DNA from: an uncultured Candidatus Saccharibacteria bacterium
GTDB lineage: Bacteria > Patescibacteriota > Minisyncoccia > Phycocordibacterales > XYD1-FULL-46-19
Assembly: GCA_964639285.1 (NCBI GenBank)
Contig: CAZXCI010000001.1
Coordinates: forward strand, 142,305-206,304
Reading direction: 5' to 3'
DNA: 64,000 nucleotides
In this document: positions 35,593 to 45,737 of the stretch, piece by piece
How the letters are laid out: every line of letters begins with the position of its first letter
Position numbering within the stretch: position 1 is the first letter of the stretch
Program-made: the position numbers and the translations under genes
The notes under the pieces: model-generated
What the model was told of the DNA's origin: nothing
What the model saw: the letters and a program-made list of their open reading frames with translations, nothing else
Database searches by the model: none

Positions 35593-36702
35593 ATGACCAT
35601 AATTCTTTTCATTGTTGTTCTTGCTATCTTAATCCTCACTCATGAGCTTGGGCATTTTTTGACGGCGAAGTGGGCGAAAATTCGAGTTGATGAATTTGGC
35701 CTTGGTCTCCCACCCAAAATTTGGGGGATTAAGTGGGGGGAGACTGTCTATTCTATCAATTGGTTGCCTCTCGGAGGCTTTGTCAAAATTTTTGGTGAGG
35801 ATCCCAATGAAGAAAATATTAGTGGACCCGATAGTGCTCGTTCTTTTGTTAATCGGCCGAAGTGGGTCCAGGCTGTCGTTTTGGTGGCTGGCGTTACTCT
35901 TAATTTTGTCCTGGCCTGGGTTCTAATCTCCATTAATCTTGGGATTGGGATGCCGGCTGGTCTTGAGGATTTGCCGCGTGGGCTTCAGGTGAGAAATGAA
36001 TCACTCTCCATCGTTAATGTCTTAAGAGAATCTCCAGCCTCTGAAGCGGGCCTTCAGGTTGGAGACAAATTGATTTCTTTTTCTTCGGGAGAAGAAAAGA
36101 TTATTGATCTCTCTGTTGAGTCGGTCCATAATTTTACCAAGAAATTTCCTGATCAACCGATCAAGGTTGAATATGTTCGCTCAGACTCTAGCTCGGGACA
36201 GAATTCTGTTGCCACGGTTATTCCTAAGTTGGGGGTAACGGGGAACGAAGCCGCGATTGGTATTGCCACACAGAAGATTGGGATTGTATCGGCCTCTTGG
36301 TGGCAGACTCCTTTCTATGGTCTTTTCTTTTCTTATCATCTGACAATTAACACATTGCTTGCTTTTGGTGATTTCTTCTCCAACATCTTTTCTTCGGGGC
36401 GAGAGGCGCTGGGAGCAATTGCTGGACCGATTGGTATTTATAGTTTGATTGATGACGCGAGCCGTCTTGGTTTTGTCTATATTCTAAATTTTGTAGCTTT
36501 AATCTCTATCAACTTGGCGATTCTCAACCTCCTCCCTTTCCCAGCTCTCGATGGTGGTCGGCTACTCTTCGTCATTATTGAAGCTGTTATTCGTCGACCA
36601 ATCAATCCCAAAGTGGCCAGTGCTCTCAACTTGATTGGCTTTGTCCTCCTGATTCTGCTTATGTTCATCATCGCCGTGAGCGATATCTTCAAACTATTAT
36701 AA
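35593..36702 (+). CDS. rseP: RIP zinc metalloprotease RseP (site-2 protease, M50)
   Basis: HELGHF (HExxH) in the first TM, PDZ domain, C-terminal LDGG motif. Confidence 0.85.
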   Translation: MTIILFIVVLAILILTHELGHFLTAKWAKIRVDEFGLGLPPKIWGIKWGETVYSINWLPLGGFVKIFGEDPNEENISGPDSARSFVNRPKWVQAVVLVAGVTLNFVLAWVLISINLGIGMPAGLEDLPRGLQVRNESLSIVNVLRESPASEAGLQVGDKLISFSSGEEKIIDLSVESVHNFTKKFPDQPIKVEYVRSDSSSGQNSVATVIPKLGVTGNEAAIGIATQKIGIVSASWWQTPFYGLFFSYHLTINTLLAFGDFFSNIFSSGREALGAIAGPIGIYSLIDDASRLGFVYILNFVALISINLAILNLLPFPALDGGRLLFVIIEAVIRRPINPKVASALNLIGFVLLILLMFIIAVSDIFKLL

Positions 36703-36845
36703 AATAAGGCTTAATGGAGGTCTCGCCTCCATGGCTAAGATATGTAGAAGGACCGTCCTTGGTAGGAAGGTAAAATGTGTTGTAATAATATTCTTATGAT
36801 TTTAGACTTTTTGACCCTAGGGGGGTTTTGCGTTAAGATAGGGGC

Positions 36846-38096
36846 ATGAGACAGTCTCAATTATTTACCAAAACTCGTAAGGAAGATCCGAAGGACGAAG
36901 TAGCCAAGAATGCCAAATTGTTGATTCGAGCTGGTTTTATTAATAAAGAAATGGCAGGAGTTTATTCTTATTTGCCACTTGGCTTAAGGGCTTTAGAGAA
37001 GGTAAAGAATATCATCCGAGAAGAAATGAACGAAGTTGGCGGAGTCGAAGTCCAAATGACAACGCTCCAAAATTCTGAACTCTATGAGAAAACAAATCGT
37101 TGGGATGATGAAGTCGTAGATAATTGGTTCAAAACTGAATTAAAGTCTGGTGGCAAAATTGGTTTGGGTTTGACCCACGAAGAGGCAATTACGGCCATGC
37201 TTGCGGGTCAAGTTAGTTCATATAAAGATTTGCCGGTGGCGGTGTATCAAATCCAGAAAAAGTTTCGTAATGAAATTAGGGCCAAGAGTGGTATCATGCG
37301 TGGTCGTGAGTTCATGATGAAGGATCTCTATTCTTTCCACGCTAACGAAGAAGATCTTAACGATTTTTACGACAAAGTTAAGGGCGCCTATGAACGAATT
37401 TTTGAGCGCGTTGGTTTAGCTGACACGACCTACTTCACTTTTGCTAGTGGGGGAATTTTTAGCAAATATAGCCACGAATTTCAGACTTTGTCTGAAGCTG
37501 GAGAAGACACAATTTATGTTTGTGAGGAGAAAAAGTTTGCTATCAACAAAGAAGTCTTAGACGAAGAAATATTGTCTGAATTTGGTATTTCTCAAGATGA
37601 CCTCGTTGAGAAAAGGGCAATTGAAACAGGTAATATCTTCAAACTTGGGACAAGATATTCTGAACCTCTGGGGTTAAAATTTGTCGATGAGAACGGCGAA
37701 TCGAAGCCGGTAATTGCCGCTAGTTATGGTCTTGGCGTTGATCGTCTATTGGGCACTATTGCTGAGGTTTTTGCTGATGATCGTGGCCTGATTTGGCCCA
37801 AGAGCGTAGCGCCTTATCTTGTCCACTTGGTTTGGATTCCGGGCGAAGGTTCTGTCTCGAGGGAGCTGGCGGATAAGCTTTATGATAGTTTAACTGAGGC
37901 GGGGGTTGAAGTCCTCTATGATGACCGCGTGGCTTCAGCCGGAGAAAAATTTGCCGAAGCGGATTTATTGGGCTTACCTTATCGGGTGATTGTTTCAGAT
38001 AAGACTTTGGTCGAGGGCCGATTTGAATTGAAAGAACGCGCGACAGGGAAAATTTGTTTTGTTTGCGAAGAAGAATTATTCGATTTACTAAAATAA
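36846..38096 (+). CDS. proS: proline--tRNA ligase
   Basis: class II aaRS motifs and a ProRS-type N-terminus (LPLGLRALEKV). Confidence 0.9.
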   Translation: MRQSQLFTKTRKEDPKDEVAKNAKLLIRAGFINKEMAGVYSYLPLGLRALEKVKNIIREEMNEVGGVEVQMTTLQNSELYEKTNRWDDEVVDNWFKTELKSGGKIGLGLTHEEAITAMLAGQVSSYKDLPVAVYQIQKKFRNEIRAKSGIMRGREFMMKDLYSFHANEEDLNDFYDKVKGAYERIFERVGLADTTYFTFASGGIFSKYSHEFQTLSEAGEDTIYVCEEKKFAINKEVLDEEILSEFGISQDDLVEKRAIETGNIFKLGTRYSEPLGLKFVDENGESKPVIAASYGLGVDRLLGTIAEVFADDRGLIWPKSVAPYLVHLVWIPGEGSVSRELADKLYDSLTEAGVEVLYDDRVASAGEKFAEADLLGLPYRVIVSDKTLVEGRFELKERATGKICFVCEEELFDLLK

Positions 38097-38097
38097 T

Positions 38098-39150
38098 ATG
38101 TGGCGGAATATCCCAAAATTTTTTTCCAGTGCCATCGGGGTTGATTTGGGTACTTCCAACACTCTTATTTATGTTAAGGGTAATGGGATAGTCATCGTTG
38201 AACCTTCAATTGTTGCGATTAATCAGAAAACGGGTCGTGTCGTGGCTGTGGGCGAGGATGCTAGCCAGATGATCGGCCGAACGCCCGCTCATATCCAGGC
38301 GATTCGCCCGCTGGTTAACGGCGTTATTTCTAATTTCGAAATGGCCGAGGAGATGCTCTCTTATTTTCTTAAGAAAGCGGCGAACCTTAGTGGTAACAAT
38401 TTTTTTCGACCTCAAGTTGTCGTTGGGGTTCCCTCGAGTATTACCAATGTGGAAAGACGGGCCGTGCGGGATGCCTTGATCAATGCTGGAGCGAGAGAGG
38501 TTCACGTTATCGAGGAGCCAATGGCGGCGGCGATCGGCATTAATATGCCAGTTTATGATCCGGTGGGGAATATGATTGTCGACATCGGTGGCGGAACGAC
38601 AGATATTGCGGTGATTTCTCTTGGAGGTGTTGTTCGTTCTAAGAGTTTGCATGTTGCCGGCGAGCGATTTAACCAAGACATTATTAATTATGTTCGTGAT
38701 GAGTTTAAGATTCTTCTGGGCGAAAGGACGGCCGAAGAAGTTAAGGTTGCGATTGGCTCGGCCCTGCGTCAAGATTCGGGGAACGAAACTTTGGTTCGTG
38801 GTCGGGATCTTGTTACTGGTCTTCCTCGTGAAGTGGCCATTACTGATTCAGACATTCGAGAAGCAATTTTCAATTCCCTAGCTATTTTTGTTGATGCGGT
38901 TAAAGAGGTCCTTGAATCAACTCCGCCTGAAGTTGTCTCTGATATTATGCGCCGGGGATTGGTTTTAACGGGAGGAAGCGCCACTTTGCGTGGATTGCGA
39001 GAATTGCTTGAGAAAGAATTGGAGATTCCTATTCACTTGGCTGAGGATCCCTTGATGGCCGTCGTGCGAGGGACGGGGGTTGTCTTAGATGATCTCGACC
39101 AGTACCGTGATATTTTAATTGATAATGAAGATGAATTACCCCCACGTTAG
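38098..39150 (+). CDS. mreB: rod shape-determining protein MreB (paralogue 2, upstream of mreCD)
   Basis: GVDLGTSNTLIYV and DIGGGTTDIAVIS. Confidence 0.85.
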   Translation: MWRNIPKFFSSAIGVDLGTSNTLIYVKGNGIVIVEPSIVAINQKTGRVVAVGEDASQMIGRTPAHIQAIRPLVNGVISNFEMAEEMLSYFLKKAANLSGNNFFRPQVVVGVPSSITNVERRAVRDALINAGAREVHVIEEPMAAAIGINMPVYDPVGNMIVDIGGGTTDIAVISLGGVVRSKSLHVAGERFNQDIINYVRDEFKILLGERTAEEVKVAIGSALRQDSGNETLVRGRDLVTGLPREVAITDSDIREAIFNSLAIFVDAVKEVLESTPPEVVSDIMRRGLVLTGGSATLRGLRELLEKELEIPIHLAEDPLMAVVRGTGVVLDDLDQYRDILIDNEDELPPR

Positions 39151-39957
39151 ATGTTGGACTATCATAATCGCAAAAACAAAAAATTTTGGTGGCCCATTGG
39201 TCTAACTGTTTTAGTTATTATTCTCGTTTCTGTCCTTGGGAGTTTTGCCCGGGATTTATTGTCAGGTCCTGTTATCTTTTTTACCAAACCATTATGGCAA
39301 GGGAGCGATAATTTGGGGACCTTTCTCTCAGTTCAGGCCTCTGGCTTAGGGCAGACGCGTCAAGCTCTTCTCTTTGAAAACAAAAATTTGCGTGAAGAAG
39401 TTAACAAATTTAAAAATTTACTCTTAGCAAAGAAAAATGTTGAGGCCGACAATAATAAGCTAAGAGCGATCCTTGGTCGAGCTGGAGAGACAGAGAAGCC
39501 ACTCGTCGCTCGGGTTATCTTCTTGCCCAACTTCGTTCCTTATAACAATCTGCTTCTTGATATTGGGCAGAAGAATTGCACCCGTCCTTTCAAGGTGGGG
39601 GATCTCGTGGTGGCCGATGGAGTTGTCTTGGTGGGGAAAATTGTTAGTATTGATGATGAATATTCAAAGGTCAAACTTTTGTCGGCCGAGACAAAATTGG
39701 CAGTGATTATTGGAGATAAAAATGTCCCTGGCCTAGCGGTCGGTTCTGGTGCAGGGAACTTCACGATTAGTTTGCCTAAAGATACACCAATTTTTGTTGG
39801 TGACCGAGTGAGAGTGCCGCTTTTAAATAATTATTTGATCGGTTTGGTAGGACACATTGAGAAGGTGGCGAGTCGTCCGACGCAGACAGTCTTGGTTCGA
39901 ACCCCTGTCAATCTTTTTCAATTAAAATGGTTAGAAATTTATGACGCAAAGATTTAG
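39151..39957 (+). CDS. mreC: rod shape-determining protein MreC
   Basis: N-terminal TM, coiled coil, beta-domain (GDLVVADGVVLVGKIVSID); position between mreB and mrdA. Confidence 0.7.
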   Translation: MLDYHNRKNKKFWWPIGLTVLVIILVSVLGSFARDLLSGPVIFFTKPLWQGSDNLGTFLSVQASGLGQTRQALLFENKNLREEVNKFKNLLLAKKNVEADNNKLRAILGRAGETEKPLVARVIFLPNFVPYNNLLLDIGQKNCTRPFKVGDLVVADGVVLVGKIVSIDDEYSKVKLLSAETKLAVIIGDKNVPGLAVGSGAGNFTISLPKDTPIFVGDRVRVPLLNNYLIGLVGHIEKVASRPTQTVLVRTPVNLFQLKWLEIYDAKI

Positions 39958-40183
39958 CCTGACTCTCTTAGTCCTTCTTTCCTCTGTCTTGTTACCTTGG
40001 TGGTTTAATGTTTTTGTCTTACTTTTTTTGATCTTTCTCTTTTCCTGGTATTATGAAGCGGGAGTGTTAGTTTTTGTTTTCGAGTTAATTTATGGTTCAG
40101 GCCATTTTTGGCTAACGATCATAGTTATCACTCTTATACCTTTGATAGAATGGCTTAAAAAGAGGTTATATGTTTTTTCCTAG
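39941..40183 (+). CDS. mreD: putative MreD (short, 80 aa, polytopic)
   Basis: called by position and hydrophobicity only. Confidence 0.35.
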   Translation: MTQRFSLTLLVLLSSVLLPWWFNVFVLLFLIFLFSWYYEAGVLVFVFELIYGSGHFWLTIIVITLIPLIEWLKKRLYVFS

Positions 40184-41852
40184 ATTCAAAAAAAGATGGC
40201 GTTATAACGATCTCTCCCCAGACGAAATTTTTGTTGATGCCAGTAATTTGCCTTCTTATAACGAGCAACAATTTGAGGGTCGAATCGAGAGACCGATCAA
40301 TCGCCAGACTTTTGTCGGTGTAGCCTTTTTTTGTTTTGCGATTGCTTTGATTTTTGTTGTCAGAATCTTTTTTCTTCAGGTTATTAATGGAGCAGATTAT
40401 GCTGAGCGAAGCCGTAGTAATAGTTTGAGTTTTACTCCTATCTTTGCCGAACGAGGAAATATTTATGACCGAACAGGGCAAGAGCTGGCCTGGACGGATA
40501 AGTCTCGTGTTTACTTGGCCGAAGAAGGGTTGGGCCATGTTCTCGGTTATGTCAGTTATCCTAATGAAAAAGAAATGGCCACGGGAAAATATGACCCTAA
40601 AGAATACTTAGGGCGCGCTGGAATTGAAAAAGTTAATAATGACGATCTGCTTGGGGGCCGAGGAGTTCAGATTATCGAAGTGGATGCGAAAGGACAAAAA
40701 TTATCGGATCATATTGTGAAGAAGCCTTTGCCAGGCAAAGAGTTAAGACTTTCTATTGACCACCGAGTTCAAAATCAATTTTATCTAGCCATCAAGCAAT
40801 TGGCCTTAGATCGAGGTTTTTCTGGTGGGAGTGGTGCGATTATGGATGTCGAGACCGGAGAAGTTCTTGCTCTTGTTAGTTATCCCGATTTTGATTCGAA
40901 TATTCTCTCGGACGGTAAAGATGTGGAAACTATTAACAAATATTTTTCTGACAAACAAAATACGATGCTCAATCGAGCCGTTGGTGGGCTCTATACTCCA
41001 GGTTCAATTTTTAAACCTTTTGTTGCTCTTGGAGCTCTCGCCGAGAAGACAGTCGATCCACTAAAATCTTTTGTGACCAACGGCGAACTTGTTATCCCCA
41101 ATCCTTATGATAAAACCAAGAAAACTGTTTTTAAAGACTGGAAAAATAATGGAGTAGTAGATATGCGGCGAGCTATTGCTGTATCTTCGAATGTCTATTT
41201 TTATATCATTGGTGGTGGCTTTGGTGAGCAGAAAGGTTTGGGGATAGACAATATTGGAAGATACGCCAAGCTTTTTGGTTTAAGCCAGGAGACGGGAATT
41301 GGTTTGCCGGGCGAAGAAGAGGGGGTTATTCCTAGCCCTGCTTGGAAGGCTGAGACCTTCGGTGGGGAACCTTGGCGACTAGGGGATACTTATCATACCT
41401 CCATTGGCCAGTATGGTGTCTTGGTTACGCCAATTCAAATGGTCCGAGCTTATGCGGCTATTGCTAATAAGGGTAGATTAATTCAACCAACACTCCTTTC
41501 TATTAAGCCAGAGCAAGCAGTAATTCAAGCTTCTGTTCCTATTGGTGCCGATAATTTCAAAATTATTCATGAAGGGATGAGACGGGTTGTTTTAGAGGGG
41601 ACAGCTCAGGGTCTAAATATGCCAAATGTTGAAATTGCCGCTAAGACGGGGACGGCCGAATTGGGGGTAACCAAGGAAAAAGTTAATTCTTGGGCCGTCG
41701 GTTTTTGGCCTTATAATTCACCACGTTTTGTCTTCGCTGTTGCTATGGAGAAGGGATCAAGAGCCAATTTGTTTGGCGGTGTCTATGCCATGCGCCAACT
41801 CTTCGACTGGATGACAATCAATACCCCAGAATATCTATTGCCCAAAGTTTGA
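40170..41852 (+). CDS. mrdA: penicillin-binding protein 2 (elongasome transpeptidase)
   Basis: SxxK (GSIFKP), SxN (SSN), KTG (KTGTAE). Confidence 0.85.
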   Translation: MFFPRFKKRWRYNDLSPDEIFVDASNLPSYNEQQFEGRIERPINRQTFVGVAFFCFAIALIFVVRIFFLQVINGADYAERSRSNSLSFTPIFAERGNIYDRTGQELAWTDKSRVYLAEEGLGHVLGYVSYPNEKEMATGKYDPKEYLGRAGIEKVNNDDLLGGRGVQIIEVDAKGQKLSDHIVKKPLPGKELRLSIDHRVQNQFYLAIKQLALDRGFSGGSGAIMDVETGEVLALVSYPDFDSNILSDGKDVETINKYFSDKQNTMLNRAVGGLYTPGSIFKPFVALGALAEKTVDPLKSFVTNGELVIPNPYDKTKKTVFKDWKNNGVVDMRRAIAVSSNVYFYIIGGGFGEQKGLGIDNIGRYAKLFGLSQETGIGLPGEEEGVIPSPAWKAETFGGEPWRLGDTYHTSIGQYGVLVTPIQMVRAYAAIANKGRLIQPTLLSIKPEQAVIQASVPIGADNFKIIHEGMRRVVLEGTAQGLNMPNVEIAAKTGTAELGVTKEKVNSWAVGFWPYNSPRFVFAVAMEKGSRANLFGGVYAMRQLFDWMTINTPEYLLPKV

Positions 41853-41886
41853 TTATCCGCTTCAGGTCTGCTATAATCTCTCCGAC

Positions 41887-42351
41887 ATGGTAGTTGCTAA
41901 TCATTATCTCAGCCAGAAAAAATATGAAGAGCTCAAGCAAGAGCTTGTTTATCTCAAGACTGAGGAACGCAAGAAAATTGCCGAGAGTTTGGAGTATGCC
42001 AAATCTCTGGGGGATCTTTCTGAAAACGCCGAATATCACGAAGCTCGTGATAAACAGGCTGATGTCGAAGACCGAATTCTTGAACTTGAGGAGATCCTGA
42101 AGGAGACTCAGATTATCTCGGCTCATCACTCTAATACTGTTGAGGTTGGGACAACTGTCTCGACCAAACGAGACGACGGACGAAAAGAGGATTTTGAGAT
42201 CGTCGGACCAGAAGAGGCTGATCTACCGACAGGCAGGATCTCCCATGAGTCTCCCTTGGGCGCGGCACTTCTTGGACATAAAAAAGGTGATACAATAACA
42301 GTATCAACTCCACGAGGAGAAATTAACTACAAAATCATCGAGATTAAATAA
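41887..42351 (+). CDS. greA: transcription elongation factor GreA
   Basis: LGDLSENAEYHEARDKQ signature. Confidence 0.9.
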   Translation: MVVANHYLSQKKYEELKQELVYLKTEERKKIAESLEYAKSLGDLSENAEYHEARDKQADVEDRILELEEILKETQIISAHHSNTVEVGTTVSTKRDDGRKEDFEIVGPEEADLPTGRISHESPLGAALLGHKKGDTITVSTPRGEINYKIIEIK

Positions 42352-43830
42352 ATGGCATCTTTAGAAGAATTAAGGAGAGAACGAATAAAGAAGCTTGAAG
42401 CCCTTAAATCAGCTGGTTATAATCCTTATCCAGCTCAGACCGAAATTAATATTAGCTTAGAGAAAGTTCTCCAAGACTTCGACGAGATTGTCGATGGGAA
42501 AGAAGTTACTCTTGGTGGCCGAATCATGGCTCTTCGACGTCAGGGCGGGCTTATTTTCATCGATTTGGTTGAAGGAGCCAATCGCTTACAAGGGTTACTT
42601 AAAGAAGATGAGCTCAAAGCCCAGTTTGACTTATTTGTGGAGACGGTGGATATCGGCGATTTTGTCCAAATTACCGGGAAGCTGATGATTACTAAGAGGG
42701 GGGAGAAGACCATCCAAGCTCTTGGTTGGAAGATTTTGTCTAAAAGCCTTCGTCCTTTGCCTGACCAATGGTCGGGCCTGCAAGATACCGAAGAACGTTT
42801 GCGCAAACGCTATCTCGACATTCTTCTAAATGAAGAAGTTCGAGCGATGGTGGTGAAGAAGGGAGAATTTTGGCAAGCCGTTCGCAATTTCTTATTAAAC
42901 CATAATTTTGTTGAAGTTGAGACTCCAATTTTAGAAAATACGGCGGGTGGGGCTGATGCCAAACCGTTTGTTACCCATCACAATGCTCTTGATCTTGATG
43001 TTTTTCTTCGTATCTCAACCGGAGAGCTCTGGCAGAAGAAATTAATGGTGGCTGGTTTTGATCGAACTTTTGAAATTGGTCGTCAATTCCGAAATGAGGG
43101 TATGGATGCTGAGCATCTCCAAGATTATACTCAGATGGAATTCTATATGGCTTATGCTGACTATGAGAAAGGGATGCAATTGGTAGAGGAGCTCTACAAG
43201 CATGTGGCCCAAAAAGTTTTTGGCACCCTCCAGTTCACAATTGGCGAGTTTGAGGTTGATTTGAGCAAAGACTGGGAAAGGTATGATTTTTGCGAGACGG
43301 TTGAGAAGATGACCGGAGTCAATGTCCTTGAGGCTAGTTTGCCTGAGATTGAAGCCAAATTAAAAGAGTTGGGGGTTGATTATGACAAAAAAGGTTTCAA
43401 TATTACTCGTGGTATTGATAATCTTTGGAAGTATTGTCGCAAGCAGATTGCTGGTCCGGGTTTTCTTGTTGGGACGCCAATTGATATTTCTCCTTTAGCT
43501 AAACGTGATGAAAAGAATCCACGTTTAGCCCAACGTTTCCAACCCATTATTGCTGGCTCTGAACTTGGCAATGGTTATAGTGAGCTCAATGACCCTCTTG
43601 ATCAGCTCACTCGTTTTAACGAACAAGCTAAATTGCGTGAGGCCGGTGATGAAGAGGCTCAGATGAAGGATGAAGAATTTGTCGAGGCACTCGAGTATGG
43701 CATGCCACCAACTTGTGGTTTCGGTATGAGCGAACGCGTCTTTGCTTTCCTTGCCAACAAATCAATGCGCGAGGCCCAAATTTTCCCACTGATGCGACCC
43801 CTCCGCCCCTCCCCATCAGACCTCAAGTGA
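42352..43830 (+). CDS. lysS: lysine--tRNA ligase (class II)
   Basis: OB anticodon-binding domain plus class II motifs. Confidence 0.95.
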   Translation: MASLEELRRERIKKLEALKSAGYNPYPAQTEINISLEKVLQDFDEIVDGKEVTLGGRIMALRRQGGLIFIDLVEGANRLQGLLKEDELKAQFDLFVETVDIGDFVQITGKLMITKRGEKTIQALGWKILSKSLRPLPDQWSGLQDTEERLRKRYLDILLNEEVRAMVVKKGEFWQAVRNFLLNHNFVEVETPILENTAGGADAKPFVTHHNALDLDVFLRISTGELWQKKLMVAGFDRTFEIGRQFRNEGMDAEHLQDYTQMEFYMAYADYEKGMQLVEELYKHVAQKVFGTLQFTIGEFEVDLSKDWERYDFCETVEKMTGVNVLEASLPEIEAKLKELGVDYDKKGFNITRGIDNLWKYCRKQIAGPGFLVGTPIDISPLAKRDEKNPRLAQRFQPIIAGSELGNGYSELNDPLDQLTRFNEQAKLREAGDEEAQMKDEEFVEALEYGMPPTCGFGMSERVFAFLANKSMREAQIFPLMRPLRPSPSDLK

Positions 43831-43847
43831 GCCCGAGGTCTGATGGG
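43812..43847 (+). terminator. 13-bp perfect hairpin (CCCATCAGACCTC-N10-GAGGTCTGATGGG) spanning the lysS stop codon
   Basis: read from the sequence; the loop plus stem 21-mer CCTCAAGTGAGCCCGAGGTCT recurs at 62089..62109. Confidence 0.5.
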
Positions 43848-43856
43848 CCAAGAAAT

Positions 43857-44375
43857 ATGGAAAATCACGAAAATTTAAATAGAGCTATTGTTTCTGACGG
43901 GCATTTTCTTTTTGCCGGGAATGATTGGCGTTGCGCTATTGGTCCCGGAGGAGTCAAGACAGACAAAAAAGAAGGAGACGGAGCGACTCCGGCGGGATCC
44001 TTCCATATCCTTAAATTATTTTACCGAGCTGATAAAGGGGGAAAGCCAGAAACGGCAATCCCGGCCGAGAAGATTAGCCTTGATGACGGTTGGTGTGACG
44101 AACCTGGTGACCCTAACTATAATCAGTTAGTTAAGTTGCCTTATGATAAAAGTCACGAGGATCTCTGGCGACCCGATGACGACCTCTATGATCTTATTGG
44201 TGTTCTTGATTATAATTATCCAGAGGCTGAACCGGGCAAGGGTAGTTGTGTCTTCCTCCATGTCGCTCGCGAAACCTATTCGCCGACAGGTGGTTGTATT
44301 GCCATGTCTAAAGAAGATCTTCTCGCCTTCCTTAAACTTGCTACTCCTGAGACTGTTATTGAAGTAAAACCCTAA
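43857..44375 (+). CDS. L,D-transpeptidase catalytic-domain (YkuD-like) protein, no obvious signal peptide
   Basis: FLHVARETYSPTGGCIAM resembles the H...S.GC active-site motif; the start is taken at the internal Met after lysS. Confidence 0.5.
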   Translation: MENHENLNRAIVSDGHFLFAGNDWRCAIGPGGVKTDKKEGDGATPAGSFHILKLFYRADKGGKPETAIPAEKISLDDGWCDEPGDPNYNQLVKLPYDKSHEDLWRPDDDLYDLIGVLDYNYPEAEPGKGSCVFLHVARETYSPTGGCIAMSKEDLLAFLKLATPETVIEVKP

Positions 44376-44401
44376 AAAACCCTTATTGTGCGAGACCCGC
44401 C

Positions 44402-44428
44402 TGCCTAGGCATTTCGGGCAGGTTGGAT
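44402..44428. repeat. 'core A'-related hairpin element (reverse orientation, shorter loop) inserted into a terminator-like inverted repeat
   Basis: CCCGCCTGC-N11-GGGCAGG has the same termini as the reverse complement of core A; flanks TGTGCGA / TTGGATATCGCACA are halves of the hairpin seen intact at 24411..24445. Confidence 0.55.
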
Positions 44429-44460
44429 ATCGCACATTTTATGCTATAATGTAAAGACTT

Positions 44461-45540
44461 ATGAAAAAAGTCTTATTTTTATTGTTTATATTGCTTAGTC
44501 CGGCTATTTTGGAGGCTAAGACCTTAGAATTTTCGGCTTGGGTGCCATATTGGAAGAAGACGGCGGCGGTAGCTGAAACTCAAGTTAATCTTACAAAATT
44601 ATCAACCATCATGCCCTTCGCTTATGAGGTTAAGTCTGATGGAACGATTTGGGATCCGATGAAAATTACCAAAGAACCTTGGTCAGCGATGATTGCCTCG
44701 GCTCGCGCTAATAAGGTGAAGATTTTACCATCTATTTTGTGGATTGATGGTGAGGCGATGGAGAAGGTTCTTGGGACGAAGAAGTCTCGCGATGCTCATG
44801 TTAAGCAAATTGTCGATTTGGTTAGAGGTAATAATTTCGATGGTATTGATATTGATTATGAGGGGAAAAAAGTTGAGAGTTTTCGTACTTTCTCCGCTTT
44901 TATCAGTAGTCTCTCTATTGCTTTGCACAAAGATCCTGGCCAGACAGGTAAGAAAATCTTATCTTGTACTATCGAACCACGTCTTCCTCCGACTTCGCGC
45001 TTTCTTAAGATCCCGGAGATAATTATGTATGCCAATGATTATGTTAGGATCAATAAATATTGCGATGAAATAAGAATCATGGCCTACGACCAGATGACTG
45101 TTGATGTCCTCTTAAATAAAAGTAAGAGGTCACTGGGCCATTATATCCCTGTGGCGGACATTGATTTTGTGAAGAAGGTCATCACTTATGCTAGTTACCA
45201 AATTTCACCCGCCAAGATTATTCTTGGAGTGGCCAATTATGGTTATGCATACCAGGTGATAGACAAAGGAACTTTTTATGATTATAAAAAATTAAGAGCT
45301 TTAAGTTATAAAACCTTTATGGACTTAGCTAAGAGCACTGGTTCAATTCCCGTGCGCGGAGCCTCAGGTGAGTTAAATTTTGTCTACCAGAAAGAGGGGG
45401 AGACTCGTTTTGCCACTCTATCTGACTCGGTGGCGATTGCCTCGAAAGTAGAATTAGCTAAGACCCTTGGCCTCAAAGGTGTGGCCCTTTTCAAAGTAGA
45501 TGGTGAAAGTGATCCAAATTTGTGGGAGGTTTTGAAGTAA
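44461..45540 (+). CDS. glycoside hydrolase family 18 (chitinase-like) secreted protein
   Basis: signal peptide; catalytic DGIDIDYE (DxxDxDxE) motif. Confidence 0.75.
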   Translation: MKKVLFLLFILLSPAILEAKTLEFSAWVPYWKKTAAVAETQVNLTKLSTIMPFAYEVKSDGTIWDPMKITKEPWSAMIASARANKVKILPSILWIDGEAMEKVLGTKKSRDAHVKQIVDLVRGNNFDGIDIDYEGKKVESFRTFSAFISSLSIALHKDPGQTGKKILSCTIEPRLPPTSRFLKIPEIIMYANDYVRINKYCDEIRIMAYDQMTVDVLLNKSKRSLGHYIPVADIDFVKKVITYASYQISPAKIILGVANYGYAYQVIDKGTFYDYKKLRALSYKTFMDLAKSTGSIPVRGASGELNFVYQKEGETRFATLSDSVAIASKVELAKTLGLKGVALFKVDGESDPNLWEVLK

Positions 45541-45588
45541 CTAAATGTTAGTTATCCGATGGCTAAAATTTAGCGAACATTAATAGAA

Positions 45589-45619
45589 CCCCCCGTTTTG
45601 CCGAAGGCAAAACGGGGGG
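45589..45619 (+). terminator. intrinsic terminator after the GH18 gene
   Basis: 13-14-bp perfect stem CCCCCCGTTTTGCC-GAA-GGCAAAACGGGGGG + TTTAT. Confidence 0.7.
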
Positions 45620-45667
45620 TTTATGTTATGGTCATTCGACCATTGCTCCGCTCACTCCGTTCGCGGG

Positions 45668-45676
45668 TTATCCACA
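45668..45676 (+). promoter_or_regulatory. perfect DnaA box TTATCCACA upstream of mraZ
   Basis: exact consensus 9-mer; preceded by the core-B-like 13-mer CTCACTCCGTTCG. Confidence 0.4.
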
Positions 45677-45737
45677 GTTTTGGGTGGGTGGGGGTTGTTG
45701 TGAAGTGGTGCAAAGTGGGATAAAATGGGAAGTAATG

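Noticed and set aside
36703-36845. T-box leader upstream of proS
   Set aside because: The intergenic region is only about 140 nt. It lacks a specifier-loop/T-box (AATTAGGGTGGNACCGCG-like) sequence and has only one short hairpin.
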